Part shown: positions 1 to 8,660 of the stretch, in pieces | Numbering within the stretch: the stretch's first letter is position 1 | Layout of the letters: every line of letters begins with the position of its first letter | IMG/VR virus record: IMGVR_UViG_3300045003_000080 | Location: 1-64,000 of that record | DNA length: 64,000 bases | Strand: one strand, 5' to 3' | DNA from: a virus | Notes under the pieces: model-generated | Database searches by the model: none | Seen by the model: only the letters and a program-made list of their open reading frames with translations | What the model was told of the DNA's origin: nothing | Translations under genes and position numbers: made by a program

Positions 1-1
1 C

Positions 2-136
2 CCAGTCGCAGAGCGCCACGATCTCGTGCGCCGAGTCCTCGCCGGCGATGAGGAGGCGGCCGAGAAGCTGCGCCTCGCGATGGCCGGTCAGTGGGAGTGG
101 CCTAAGAGCTGGCTCGGGATGAAGGAGAACGCATGA
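2..136 (+). CDS. 3' end of the N-terminal half of a split TROVE/Ro60 protein (partial at window edge)
   Basis: Frame +2 reads PVAERHDLVRRVLAGDEEAAEKLRLAMAGQWEWPKSWLGMKENA*, resembling the ERLAAAGMTWEALAGWL segment of actinobacterial TROVE proteins; its TGA overlaps the next ATG (ATGA at 133-136). Confidence 0.6.
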   Translation, partial: PVAERHDLVRRVLAGDEEAAEKLRLAMAGQWEWPKSWLGMKENA

Positions 137-1020
137 GCATCTCGGTGCAGGAGCGGCTGAGCGACGCGCAGGTGTGGGAGGCCCTCATCCCCCATATGGG
201 GTACGCTGCGCTTCTCAGGAACCTGAGGAACTTCGACCAGGCGGCGATCCCGGACAATGTCGCGGCGAAGGTCATAGACCGCCTGACCGATCCGGACGAG
301 GTCGCCCGCTCCCGACAGCTGCCTTTTCGCTTCCTCAGTGCGTACCGGGAGGCGCCGTCGCTGCGTTGGGGCCACGCGTTGGAGGTCGCGCTCGGCCACG
401 CGTGCCGCAACATCCCGAGTTTCCCAGGCCGCACAGCGATCTTGTGCGACACGTCCGCGTCGATGACGGACACCGTGTCGGCCAAGTCGAAGATCAAGCG
501 CGTCGACGTCGGCGCCCTGTTCGGCGTCGCGCTCGCGGCACGTGGCAGTGACGTCACCCTGTGCGGGTTCGCCGACGGGCTGTTCCACCATTCCCTGCAG
601 CCAGGCGGCAGCGTCCTGAAGCAGACCCAGGCGTTCACCGACCGTATCGGTGAAGTCGGGCACGGCACCCAGGCACTCGAAGCCGTCGCAGCCGTCCTCT
701 CGGCTGCACCGCAAACCGGGTCGAAGGCCCCGCTACGCCGAATCGTGCTGATCAGCGACATGCAGACCATGAACGCGCGACGCGGCACCTGGTACTGGAT
801 GCGCAACCCCGGCCAGCACAACGACACCGTCTCGGCGCTGGTCCCGAAGCACATCAACCTGTTCGGCTGGGACCTCGCCGGCTACGCGAACACCCAGATC
901 GACACGAGCAAGCCGGGTCGGTTCGAGTTGGGTGGGTTCTCGGACAGGTGCTTCACGATCATGTCGATGCTCGACCAGGGCATCGGATCCGGCTTCCCCT
1001 GGGAGAACACCAATGCCTGA
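133..1020 (+). CDS. TROVE/Ro60 (Rsr-like) C-terminal half with vWA domain
   Basis: WEALIPHMGYAALLRNLRNFDQA and SRQLPFRFLSAY TROVE motifs; vWA MIDAS DTSAS and IVLISD; RBS AAGGAG at 122-127. Confidence 0.85.
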   Translation: MSISVQERLSDAQVWEALIPHMGYAALLRNLRNFDQAAIPDNVAAKVIDRLTDPDEVARSRQLPFRFLSAYREAPSLRWGHALEVALGHACRNIPSFPGRTAILCDTSASMTDTVSAKSKIKRVDVGALFGVALAARGSDVTLCGFADGLFHHSLQPGGSVLKQTQAFTDRIGEVGHGTQALEAVAAVLSAAPQTGSKAPLRRIVLISDMQTMNARRGTWYWMRNPGQHNDTVSALVPKHINLFGWDLAGYANTQIDTSKPGRFELGGFSDRCFTIMSMLDQGIGSGFPWENTNA

Positions 1021-1375
1021 CGAAGTCGACTGGGAAGAGTACGCCCGCCACGTCGAGACCGCCTTGGAACGCGCCCGCGTCCGGGCGAACAAAGCCGGCG
1101 ACGAATGCCACAACAAGTGGATCAAGAGTCACAATAAGTTCGACCAAGGCCAAGCCGAGATCGCGTACTGGCTGCGCGACATGATCGACGACCTGCGTGC
1201 CGAAATGAAAATCGGCCCCGGTTACCAGACAATGCCCCGAAGCGGCACCACGTACTGGAAGCAGACCGCGTACATCGGGTGGCAGAAGAACGACGCCTAC
1301 AACGTTGACCTACGCCGAGCCCAGGAACGTATCCGCCAACTCGAAGACCAACTCGACATCGCGCTCCACCAATGA
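1013..1375 (+). CDS. hypothetical phage protein
   Basis: ATG at 1013 after GGAG, overlaps the upstream stop, high-GC codon usage. Confidence 0.7.
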   Translation: MPDEVDWEEYARHVETALERARVRANKAGDECHNKWIKSHNKFDQGQAEIAYWLRDMIDDLRAEMKIGPGYQTMPRSGTTYWKQTAYIGWQKNDAYNVDLRRAQERIRQLEDQLDIALHQ

Positions 1376-1686
1376 CCAGACGCGACCTCGACCAACTCTT
1401 CTTCAAGGTCACCCTCGCGATCCTCGCCGACGACGGCACCGACCAGGCGAAAACCACGGCCATCACGGTCCTGCTCCAAGAACTCTGCGCCATCGGGTGG
1501 GACGCCGACACCATCGGACAATTCGTCGGCGACCCACTCGTCATCACCGCCAGCCGACAGTTAGAACGCACCTTCTGGTGCGGCCACGAAAAACACTGGG
1601 CATCAGGCGGCTGGTCATGGTGCGACCTCGAATTCGGCCACGACAGCGACCACATGGACGAAGAAAAACGATCATGGACGAACTAA
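1372..1686 (+). CDS. hypothetical protein
   Basis: ATGA-coupled 104-aa ORF. Confidence 0.65.
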   Translation: MTRRDLDQLFFKVTLAILADDGTDQAKTTAITVLLQELCAIGWDADTIGQFVGDPLVITASRQLERTFWCGHEKHWASGGWSWCDLEFGHDSDHMDEEKRSWTN

Positions 1687-1862
1687 CACCGCGCCCAGCA
1701 GAAGAATGCTGGGCGCGGTTCTGGGAAGTCGTCGGAGCTGCCGTGTACCGACACCTCCGGGACACGGCAGCCACCGATACGACAACTACGCAGCAAGATC
1801 AGCCCAGTGAGGGACAATCTCGATCCGAGATGCCTGTTTGCCAGGCGTCCGAAGAACCGTGA
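1674..1862 (+). CDS. small protein convergent on the integrase (possible directionality factor)
   Basis: MDELTPRPAEECWARFWEVVG...; overlaps the integrase 3' end; function is a guess from position only. Confidence 0.4.
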   Translation: MDELTPRPAEECWARFWEVVGAAVYRHLRDTAATDTTTTQQDQPSEGQSRSEMPVCQASEEP

Positions 1863-3396
1863 TATGACGGATCACTTGGGCGAGCGCTAAGTGACGGTCA
1901 TGCTCGTTGAGACTCGGCCAGTAGTCGAGCATTGACTTGATCTTGTCGGCCGGAGGCGGTCCCCCACTGGCGACGGCTGCTTGAACTTTGCTTTTGCGGG
2001 CTTGCTTGAGGGAGAGGTCCGTCAAGAGTTCTTCGCGCGTGTTGCGGAACTCGTCCAGATCTATCGCCTCGGCGAGGTACGCCTGCTTGTTTCGGCCCAG
2101 CTTCCGCTCCAGAGCGGCAATGTCTTGATCGAGGGCGTCCAGTTCGGTACTGCGCTCATCCTTGCGCATGGCCTTCTCGTAAGCGGCGCGTGCGCTGCTG
2201 TCGGGCGAGGCGAAACTCTGCAGCCACGCGAGCACCTGCCCTTCTGCGTTCGGCAGCATGATTGTCGGTCCTCGTAGCGCGAACTCTTCCTCGCGCGCAG
2301 GGCATCGGAACTGGATCTTTCGTCGTCCGGCCCGGTAGAACGGGTGGGCGTGCATGGGACGGTGGCAGGGTTGCCCGTCATCTCGTACGTCTCCGCACCG
2401 GAGCAGCCCCGACAGAGAGTACTTCCATACCTGTTCGCTTGTCCGGTGGGCCGTCGGCTGCTTGCCGTCCAGGAGCTTGGATTTGTAGGCCGCCCACAGG
2501 TCGAGGGAGATGAGGGGTTCATGGAGGCCAGGTTCCCAAAGATCGTATTCGTCGGGGCGGCCAGTTGGGGGATGGGGCATCGTGGGGTTGCTGCGACCGT
2601 GCAACAGGCCGGCCGCGAAGCCGGTCTCCATGATCTGACGCCAGTCCCTAGCCCTGAGTACGTTCCCACGGAGTGAGCGGATGCCCCGCTCGTGCATGTC
2701 CTTCGCGATAGAGGCCAAGCTGTCGCCCTGTAGGGTCCAGCGTTCGTACGCTTCGGCGAGCGCTGGACCCCGCACGGGGTCGATTTCGAAGACACCCTTA
2801 CAGTTGTCGCAGTATTTGAATGCGTGCGGATTTTCCGAACTCCGCTCACATTTTGGGCATCGCTGATATCCGAATCGCGCCTGGCCAGTGTGCGGCAGGC
2901 CATTTCGTCGGCGTCTTTGATGGGTTTCGCGCCAACTCATGCCGATGACGTCTGATTCGAGTTCGTCCATGCTGAAATACATACGGAGGAAGAACGCGCC
3001 ATATGGCGTAGAAGTATCGATTGGCTGAGTGGCGGAAACGAGAAGTCCACCGACAGCGTTAAGGCGGTCGTTGTGGGCGCCGCATGCGGTGGCGTTTCTG
3101 CCGAAGCGCGAGAACTTCCATACGACGATTTTCTTTGCTTCGCCGTCGCCAACGCGTCCGATTGCTTCGGCGATACGTCGCTTGGCGAAGGAACGGCCAG
3201 ATTTGTCGGTCTCGATGATGTACTCAGTGATGCCGTGCCCAGTCCGCGCGGCCCACTCGTCGATGGCGTGCCTCTGCTGTTCGGGGGAGACCGTGCGTTC
3301 GTGCGCGAGACTGACGCGGATGTAGGCAATCGCGAGTTGGGACGGGTCGAGCGGTGTAGGTACTGCGTCGGCAGGCGGGGCGAGGTTGACCGGCAT
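1786..3396 (-). CDS. large serine recombinase (integrase)
   Basis: YIRVS catalytic Ser, KFSRFGRN, recombinase domain, LSGLLRCG...C...FRC Zn-ribbon, C-terminal coiled coil. Confidence 0.95.
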   Translation of the reverse strand: MPVNLAPPADAVPTPLDPSQLAIAYIRVSLAHERTVSPEQQRHAIDEWAARTGHGITEYIIETDKSGRSFAKRRIAEAIGRVGDGEAKKIVVWKFSRFGRNATACGAHNDRLNAVGGLLVSATQPIDTSTPYGAFFLRMYFSMDELESDVIGMSWRETHQRRRRNGLPHTGQARFGYQRCPKCERSSENPHAFKYCDNCKGVFEIDPVRGPALAEAYERWTLQGDSLASIAKDMHERGIRSLRGNVLRARDWRQIMETGFAAGLLHGRSNPTMPHPPTGRPDEYDLWEPGLHEPLISLDLWAAYKSKLLDGKQPTAHRTSEQVWKYSLSGLLRCGDVRDDGQPCHRPMHAHPFYRAGRRKIQFRCPAREEEFALRGPTIMLPNAEGQVLAWLQSFASPDSSARAAYEKAMRKDERSTELDALDQDIAALERKLGRNKQAYLAEAIDLDEFRNTREELLTDLSLKQARKSKVQAAVASGGPPPADKIKSMLDYWPSLNEHDRHLALAQVIRHITVLRTPGKQASRIEIVPHWADLAA

Positions 3397-3679
3397 CGTG
3401 TCCTCTCAAGGCGGCTGACCTGCAAGATTCTAGTACGCGGCTGGTGACTATGCTTACCCAGTCATACCCACCGGCAGTACACGATTGAAGCAGGGCTTCG
3501 AGGACTTCCGCAACTCCCTGCGCTTGCGGGTCGTCTGGGTGGTCGTCGAGCAGGTCCAGCAGGTACTCAGCCTGTCGAGCGGTGAGCTGTGGGGGCCGTC
3601 CTTCGGTTTCTTCGATTAACTGATCCACAGCTGCTTTAACACTTCGTTCGAAGCGTTCTTGGGGGGTAAGTGCTCGCAT
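3224..3679 (-). CDS. hypothetical protein upstream of the integrase
   Basis: ATG preceded by leader CAGCCAACCAAGCCAGGGAGCACACC, shared with early genes; C-terminal part overlaps the integrase and is doubtful. Confidence 0.55.
   Translation of the reverse strand: MRALTPQERFERSVKAAVDQLIEETEGRPPQLTARQAEYLLDLLDDHPDDPQAQGVAEVLEALLQSCTAGGYDWVSIVTSRVLESCRSAALRGHDAGQPRPACRRSTYTARPVPTRDCLHPRQSRARTHGLPRTAEARHRRVGRADWARHH
3433..3480. other. candidate attP site
   Basis: Imperfect inverted repeat CTGGTG-N2-TATG...CATA-N2-CACCGG centred at 3457/3458, just upstream of the integrase start. Confidence 0.35.
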
Positions 3680-3896
3680 GGTGTGCTCCCTGGCTTGGTT
3701 GGCTGTTGCCAGATTAGTACTACAGCGCTTGGTGTGTTGGGGTAGTGTTCGTTTCCGTGACCCCTTCCTTATTTTTCTTCCTTGGCAGGTTTCTGTTGTG
3801 GGGGCGTGAGTGGCGGCATCTTCCTCGTGATTGGTTAGTGGCGTCGGCTGCGTTAACGAGTTGATGGTGGGCGTGGTTCTTCAGGCGTGGTGGGAA

Positions 3897-3941
3897 TTTT
3901 CATCACGCAGACTTGACGTAATAAGAGAGCGCAGGTAGCTT
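3897..3941 (+). promoter_or_regulatory. conserved early promoter/operator, copy 1
   Basis: TTTTCATCACGCAGAC-TTGACG-17 nt-TAGCTT. Confidence 0.75.
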
Positions 3942-3946
3942 AGGTG

Positions 3947-4189
3947 ATGGACCCGCAAGTCGGCGACAAAATCAACCAGTTGTCAGACGCCGTCGAACTC
4001 CCCGTCAAAACAATCCTCAAACAACCCGACGGCCGAACCTGGATCATCCACGCCGACCGGCAACTCCACTCCGGCTCCGACCTAGCCCCCATCCCCCTCG
4101 ACGGAGGCGCCGAAGCCGAAACAGCATTCGAGCAGATCAAACCCCTGCAAATCTTCCACATACCCCTTGCCCGGGAAGGCGGTGATTGA
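3947..4189 (+). CDS. hypothetical protein (probably leaderless)
   Basis: ATG 5 nt after the -10 hexamer. Confidence 0.6.
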   Translation: MDPQVGDKINQLSDAVELPVKTILKQPDGRTWIIHADRQLHSGSDLAPIPLDGGAEAETAFEQIKPLQIFHIPLAREGGD

Positions 4190-4576
4190 GTGGAGTGGGT
4201 CAACGTCCGCCTGTTGATCTTCTCGATCATTGGTGGCCTGACAGCGACAGCCGACGGCGCAGTCGCCGCAACCTACAACCCGACGTCGCTCGACCCAACG
4301 GTCGTGTTCTGGCTCGTGACCGCGTCGATGCTCGTCGTCCTCGCGACCGTGTTCGTGGCGCTCGGCGCCCTTAAGCCGTACACCAGTCTCCACATGGCGT
4401 TGTGGTCGATCGCGTGGCTGCTCGGCGCCCTGAACGCCGGCGTGTTGGTCGCTGTGGTGTCGCAGCGTGCGCCGCACGGGGTCGCGTCGGCGCTGGGCGT
4501 GTTCGTCGGTCTCGTCGTGTTCGGCGTCGGCGAACTCGTGCTGTACCCAGCAGGGAAGGGCGGCCGACGTGGCTGA
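4190..4576 (+). CDS. membrane protein
   Basis: About four hydrophobic segments. Confidence 0.65.
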   Translation: MEWVNVRLLIFSIIGGLTATADGAVAATYNPTSLDPTVVFWLVTASMLVVLATVFVALGALKPYTSLHMALWSIAWLLGALNAGVLVAVVSQRAPHGVASALGVFVGLVVFGVGELVLYPAGKGGRRG

Positions 4577-4877
4577 GCGTGAGCTGCGTGGCTGGCAGTA
4601 CTTCCTTGCGGTTAGGCGGTTGACGCGTGCCGAGCCTGGTACGAGCTACCACTTGTTCCTTTACGCGATCTGTAGTGGCTTCGTCGCTACGGCGTCGTCG
4701 TTGGTGTTCGCGGCTTTTGTCGCGACTCCGCTAGGGCCGGCGCACACTTGGCAGGTCGGCGTGGGCGCGCAGGCGGTGGTCTTTGGCCTGTCGTATGTGC
4801 CGTATTCGCGGTGGCAGAAGCGTCGTTTCGACCAGTGGAAGGAGCGTCTTCGTGCTCGCGGTGTTGACTACCTCTGA
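4569..4877 (+). CDS. membrane protein
   Basis: GTG start overlapping the previous stop; two hydrophobic segments. Confidence 0.6.
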   Translation: MAERELRGWQYFLAVRRLTRAEPGTSYHLFLYAICSGFVATASSLVFAAFVATPLGPAHTWQVGVGAQAVVFGLSYVPYSRWQKRRFDQWKERLRARGVDYL

Positions 4878-5817
4878 CCTGGTTGTTCCGGCCGACCGGG
4901 ACCTGGTTGCTGATGCGACGGCTGCGTGGTTGGCGTCGAAGAAGCCGACGACGCGTGACGCGTATCGCAGGGACTTGGCGTCGTGGGAGGGGTTTTGCTG
5001 GCAGCGTGGTGTTGACCCGTTGTTGGCGCGTAAGCCGGACGCGGATTTGTTTGGTGCGTGGTTGCAGGACCCGGAGAACCCGCGTCGGATTAGTGCTACG
5101 AGTGCGGCGCGCAGGATGGCGGCTGTGTCGTCCTGGTACCGGTACCTCGTGCGGTGTGACCTGCATGATCGGAACCCGTTCGCGGCTGCTGAACGCCCCA
5201 GGATCGACAAGGATTATTCGGCGACGGCGTGGCTGGACCAGGCCGGCGCGCAGGCGATGATCGACGCGGTCGAGGCGCAAACGAACGACACGAGGCTGCG
5301 TGACATCGCGATGATTCGGCTGATGTTGCAGCTCGGGCTGCGTGTCAGCGAGGTTTGTGGTTTGCAGGTGTCGGCGCTCGGGATGGTGAACGGGCAGCGT
5401 GTCCTGACCATCGTGGGCAAGGGGGGAAAGAGGATTACTCGTGTACTACCGGAGTCGGCGTGGCACGCCGTTGAGGCGCATCTCTTGGAGAGGTGTCAAC
5501 GCGCGAACGTTCGCTCGGTATACGCCTTGGGAGGACCCTTGTTGGCGACACGGGGCGGCAAGCCGGTCGACCGGCAGGAGGCGTTTCGCCTGGTCCGACG
5601 GGTCGCAGTGCGTGCGCGTGTGCCTGATCCGGGGTCGATGAGCCCGCATGCGCTGCGGCACACTTTCGCCACCCTGGCGACGGAGCGCGGCGCGGATCTG
5701 GATGATTTGCAGGACGCGATGGGGCATGCTGATCCGCGTACGACGCGCCGGTATCAGCGTGCGGCACGCCGGTTGGACCGGGACCCGGCGAACCTGGTTT
5801 CGGGGGCGTTGGTGTAG
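4864..5817 (+). CDS. tyrosine recombinase (XerC/D-like)
   Basis: LGLRVSE (R), GKGGK (K), HALRH, LQDAMGH, TTRRY (Y) catalytic residues. Confidence 0.95.
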   Translation: MTTSDLVVPADRDLVADATAAWLASKKPTTRDAYRRDLASWEGFCWQRGVDPLLARKPDADLFGAWLQDPENPRRISATSAARRMAAVSSWYRYLVRCDLHDRNPFAAAERPRIDKDYSATAWLDQAGAQAMIDAVEAQTNDTRLRDIAMIRLMLQLGLRVSEVCGLQVSALGMVNGQRVLTIVGKGGKRITRVLPESAWHAVEAHLLERCQRANVRSVYALGGPLLATRGGKPVDRQEAFRLVRRVAVRARVPDPGSMSPHALRHTFATLATERGADLDDLQDAMGHADPRTTRRYQRAARRLDRDPANLVSGALV

Positions 5818-6025
5818 CGGCTGCGATGTACATCCCAACGTGTGAGTTTGGTGTGAAGATCCACATGGGTGCGGGCGGGCCTCCGTGCAGGAGGCTCGCC
5901 TGGTTCGTGCTGTGGGTGGACGATTGCAAGATGGCTATCGCCCTGTGTCACGGCCACTGGCATCTGGTGACTGACGCGTTGGACCCGGACGACGAGGCCG
6001 GCCAGTAGTCGGGGGCGATACCCCC

Positions 6026-6700
6026 ATACGGGCGCAATAGCGGGCCGAAAAGGTGCTATAGCGCTAGCGTTAGCGCTCGCTATTAGGCGGCTCGGTGAAA
6101 AGCTCCCACTTTCACGCGGGTGGGTGCGTGGAGAAGCTAATGGCTCCCCCGTTTGGGGGAGCCTTCCTTGCGTTTTAGGGGCCGGTGCGCCGAAGGGCGA
6201 GCTTCTGGGTTTTGCTGCGTCTTTGGTGTTTTGGGCGCCTGGTGCGACGGGATGCGACGTGCAGATGGTGGTGCGTATTTGAGTTGGCGGCGCGCCACAC
6301 CAGGCAAGGATCATGCTATCAAAGCGGTGTGGGTGGGCAGGGGTGTGGTGTGCCGAGTCGTGGGCCTCGCTTGTGGTAGCGCTTTTATAGCGCTTTCAGG
6401 TTTTTGAGCCGGTCGGCGCCGCGCCCCGGGCGGGGGCGGGGCGGCTGTTCTCCCCTGCTCTGCGCCGGCGTGGTGGCGCCTGGTGTTTGTCGCGGGTTTG
6501 TCGTGTTCTTGCGTTGATCTGTTGCAATTGTTTGCGCAGGTCACAGGGCCTCCTTTCGGCCGGCTGGCGGGTTGTTGTGGGCTCAGTGAAACGGGTTGGT
6601 GGGTGGCTTGTCAAGGGTCCGTGTTTTCATCACGCAGACTTGACGACGTTAGGGAAGCGTGTACGGTGGAGGCGACCAACCAGCCACCAACGAAAGGGGC
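6026..6700. repeat. non-coding block, degenerate copy of 17238-17900
   Basis: Shared ordered anchors ATACGGGCGCAAT, TAGCGCTAGCGYTARCGCTCGCTATTAG, CGGTGAAAAGCTC, TCATGCTA, AGCGCTTTCNGGTTTTT, then the promoter motif. Confidence 0.75.
6624..6667 (+). promoter_or_regulatory. conserved early promoter/operator, copy 2
   Basis: TTTTCATCACGCAGAC-TTGACG-16 nt-TACGGT. Confidence 0.75.
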
Positions 6701-6705
6701 CAACC

Positions 6706-7125
6706 ATGAGCTACGCCGACGCCATCGCCAACACCACCGAGCAGGAGCGCGACGGCTTCGAATACCGGTGGTGGCTGGAGCCCGACAACGAGACCCGCTA
6801 CCCGGGAGAGGCCCCCAACCCCGACGACACGGACGCGTGGGCCAAGTGGTCGAAGGACTACGACCGGTGGCGCGACGCCTGGCAGTTCGTGTTTGTGTGC
6901 GGCGAGATGCGGCACGTTGCTACCAAACTTGTCGTCGCGTCTGTGTGCGTCGGGGGGACTGCCGCCGGCTGGGTGACGCCGAGCACGTTCACGGGCCTGC
7001 CGGAGATCCTTGCCGAGATGCGGGCGGCCATGCTCGCCGAGATGCACGGCGAGGTTGCGCAGAAGGCGAAGGACTTCCGCGACGTGGCGGAGCTGTTGGA
7101 TTCGTTCGTTCCCGACGAGGGCTAG
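6706..7125 (+). CDS. hypothetical protein
   Basis: ATG after GAAAGGGG, downstream of the promoter motif. Confidence 0.75.
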   Translation: MSYADAIANTTEQERDGFEYRWWLEPDNETRYPGEAPNPDDTDAWAKWSKDYDRWRDAWQFVFVCGEMRHVATKLVVASVCVGGTAAGWVTPSTFTGLPEILAEMRAAMLAEMHGEVAQKAKDFRDVAELLDSFVPDEG

Positions 7126-7127
7126 CC

Positions 7128-7172
7128 TTTTCATCACGCGCACTTGACGATGTTAGACCGTACGCGTAACGT
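7128..7172 (+). promoter_or_regulatory. conserved early promoter/operator, copy 3
   Basis: TTTTCATCACGCGCAC-TTGACG-17 nt-TAACGT. Confidence 0.75.
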
Positions 7173-7209
7173 ACGAGCCACCAACCCAGCGAGAACAGGA
7201 GCGCGCACC

Positions 7210-7764
7210 ATGGGCGACGTAATCCCCGAGATTGAACTCAACGAGACACCGCTACGCGACATCGACCCCGAACGCTTCGGCGAAGAACTGATCGGCAGCT
7301 GGGGCGAACTCGACGTCAAGATCGAATACACGCCGAACGGAAGCACCGTCTACATCTGTGGCCGCGAGGGCTGCAACATCGACGTGACCAGCGACGGCGA
7401 GCCCTCCGGCCCGTACGAGCGCGACGTACAACAGGAACGGTGCCACGCACACCCCGACTACGACGACGAGACAAAGCCCGCGCCGCACCTCGTCACCGTC
7501 GCCCCACTCGGCTGGCTCGACACCATCCGTGTCCAGACCGACCCCGAACACGACGAGGCCGTGATTACGATCACGATCGACAGGCACCCGATCATCATGT
7601 CCGTCGCCCGGGTGAACCGCACCGAGCCGAGCGACACCGCGAAGCTTCTGCTCGACGTCCCCCACCCCGACCGGGACTTTCAGTCGTACACGCTCACGCC
7701 GCCGGTCGCCGACCAGCCGGCGACCGGCAAATACATCATCGGCGACCGCCCGGCACGCCGTTAA
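7210..7764 (+). CDS. hypothetical protein
   Basis: ATG after AGGAG. Confidence 0.75.
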   Translation: MGDVIPEIELNETPLRDIDPERFGEELIGSWGELDVKIEYTPNGSTVYICGREGCNIDVTSDGEPSGPYERDVQQERCHAHPDYDDETKPAPHLVTVAPLGWLDTIRVQTDPEHDEAVITITIDRHPIIMSVARVNRTEPSDTAKLLLDVPHPDRDFQSYTLTPPVADQPATGKYIIGDRPARR

Positions 7765-7773
7765 GCACGGCCA

Positions 7774-7841
7774 GGCGCGCAGGCCCCCGGGTTTTGGGGG
7801 CGCCCTTCGGGGTGTGCCGGGTTCGAGTCCCGGGCGCGCCG
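7774..7841 (+). ncRNA. tRNA-like structured RNA
   Basis: 7-bp acceptor-like stem GGCGCGC/GCGCGCC, canonical T-arm CCGGG-TTCGAGT-CCCGG, two further hairpins, no canonical D plus anticodon arms. Confidence 0.6.
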
Positions 7842-7875
7842 CTTCCCACCCCTTCAACTGATCGGAGCGCCCCCC

Positions 7876-8469
7876 ATGGGCGAAGAGAGTAAGCGCCGCG
7901 AGTACGGCCAGATGACGGATGTTCAGATGGGCGCCCTGATGTGGGCGACGCAGAACCCTGTGTTCCTCGACGATAAAGGGCTGTATGTGCCCGCCCCGCA
8001 CCTGAAGCCGGGTACTCCGGAGTTTGACGATGTGGTGAGCAGCCGGCCGAAAGCGCCGACGTTGGCGACGCTGGTTCCCAGGGGTTTCGTCGCGAACACC
8101 CTGGGTCAGCGTGTCGGCCCGACCGCCAAGGGGCGGCACAAGTTGGCTTTGCACCTGCGCCGACCGGAAAACCGCATCCCCTACTACCTGCCGGCGTCGG
8201 AGATCCAACCGGGCGCGTTGATCGACTTGGGGTTTGACCCGGTCGCGGTCCCGGACCGGGACGCTCCGAACGTGTACGAGAGCGAGTTCTCACGGGTACT
8301 CGACCCGGCCGACGACCCGTCGGTGATGCCTCTGAACTGGTCAGACGGTGAGGTCCCGCTCTGGATCGAGACCGGCGCCGACGACGTGATCATCTTCCCG
8401 GCTGGGCACCTGATTCGCCAGGTCGGCGAAGTCATCGGCGACCGGGTGACCACATGGGACGGCGCGTGA
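7876..8469 (+). CDS. hypothetical protein, paralogue of the C-terminal half of 8657-9952
   Basis: GGAG RBS; TLATLVPRGFV...VGPTAKG resembles a winged-helix motif. Confidence 0.75.
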   Translation: MGEESKRREYGQMTDVQMGALMWATQNPVFLDDKGLYVPAPHLKPGTPEFDDVVSSRPKAPTLATLVPRGFVANTLGQRVGPTAKGRHKLALHLRRPENRIPYYLPASEIQPGALIDLGFDPVAVPDRDAPNVYESEFSRVLDPADDPSVMPLNWSDGEVPLWIETGADDVIIFPAGHLIRQVGEVIGDRVTTWDGA

Positions 8470-8660
8470 CAGAAGACGACGCGCTAGAGCGCGCCGAAGA
8501 CGCCGACCCGACACAGGTCGAAATCGAATACACGGACTGGCGCCCTGATGGGCTGGCTTTTCTTCACGGAGCCCGGGGCGCATGGGCGACTGACCCCTAC
8601 ATCATTGCGCGCGCTGTTGAACTGTTGCGCGCCCAAAACGAGAAAGAAGGTAATGCGTGA
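8466..8660 (+). CDS. hypothetical protein
   Basis: GTGA-coupled at both ends. Confidence 0.55.
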   Translation: MTEDDALERAEDADPTQVEIEYTDWRPDGLAFLHGARGAWATDPYIIARAVELLRAQNEKEGNA

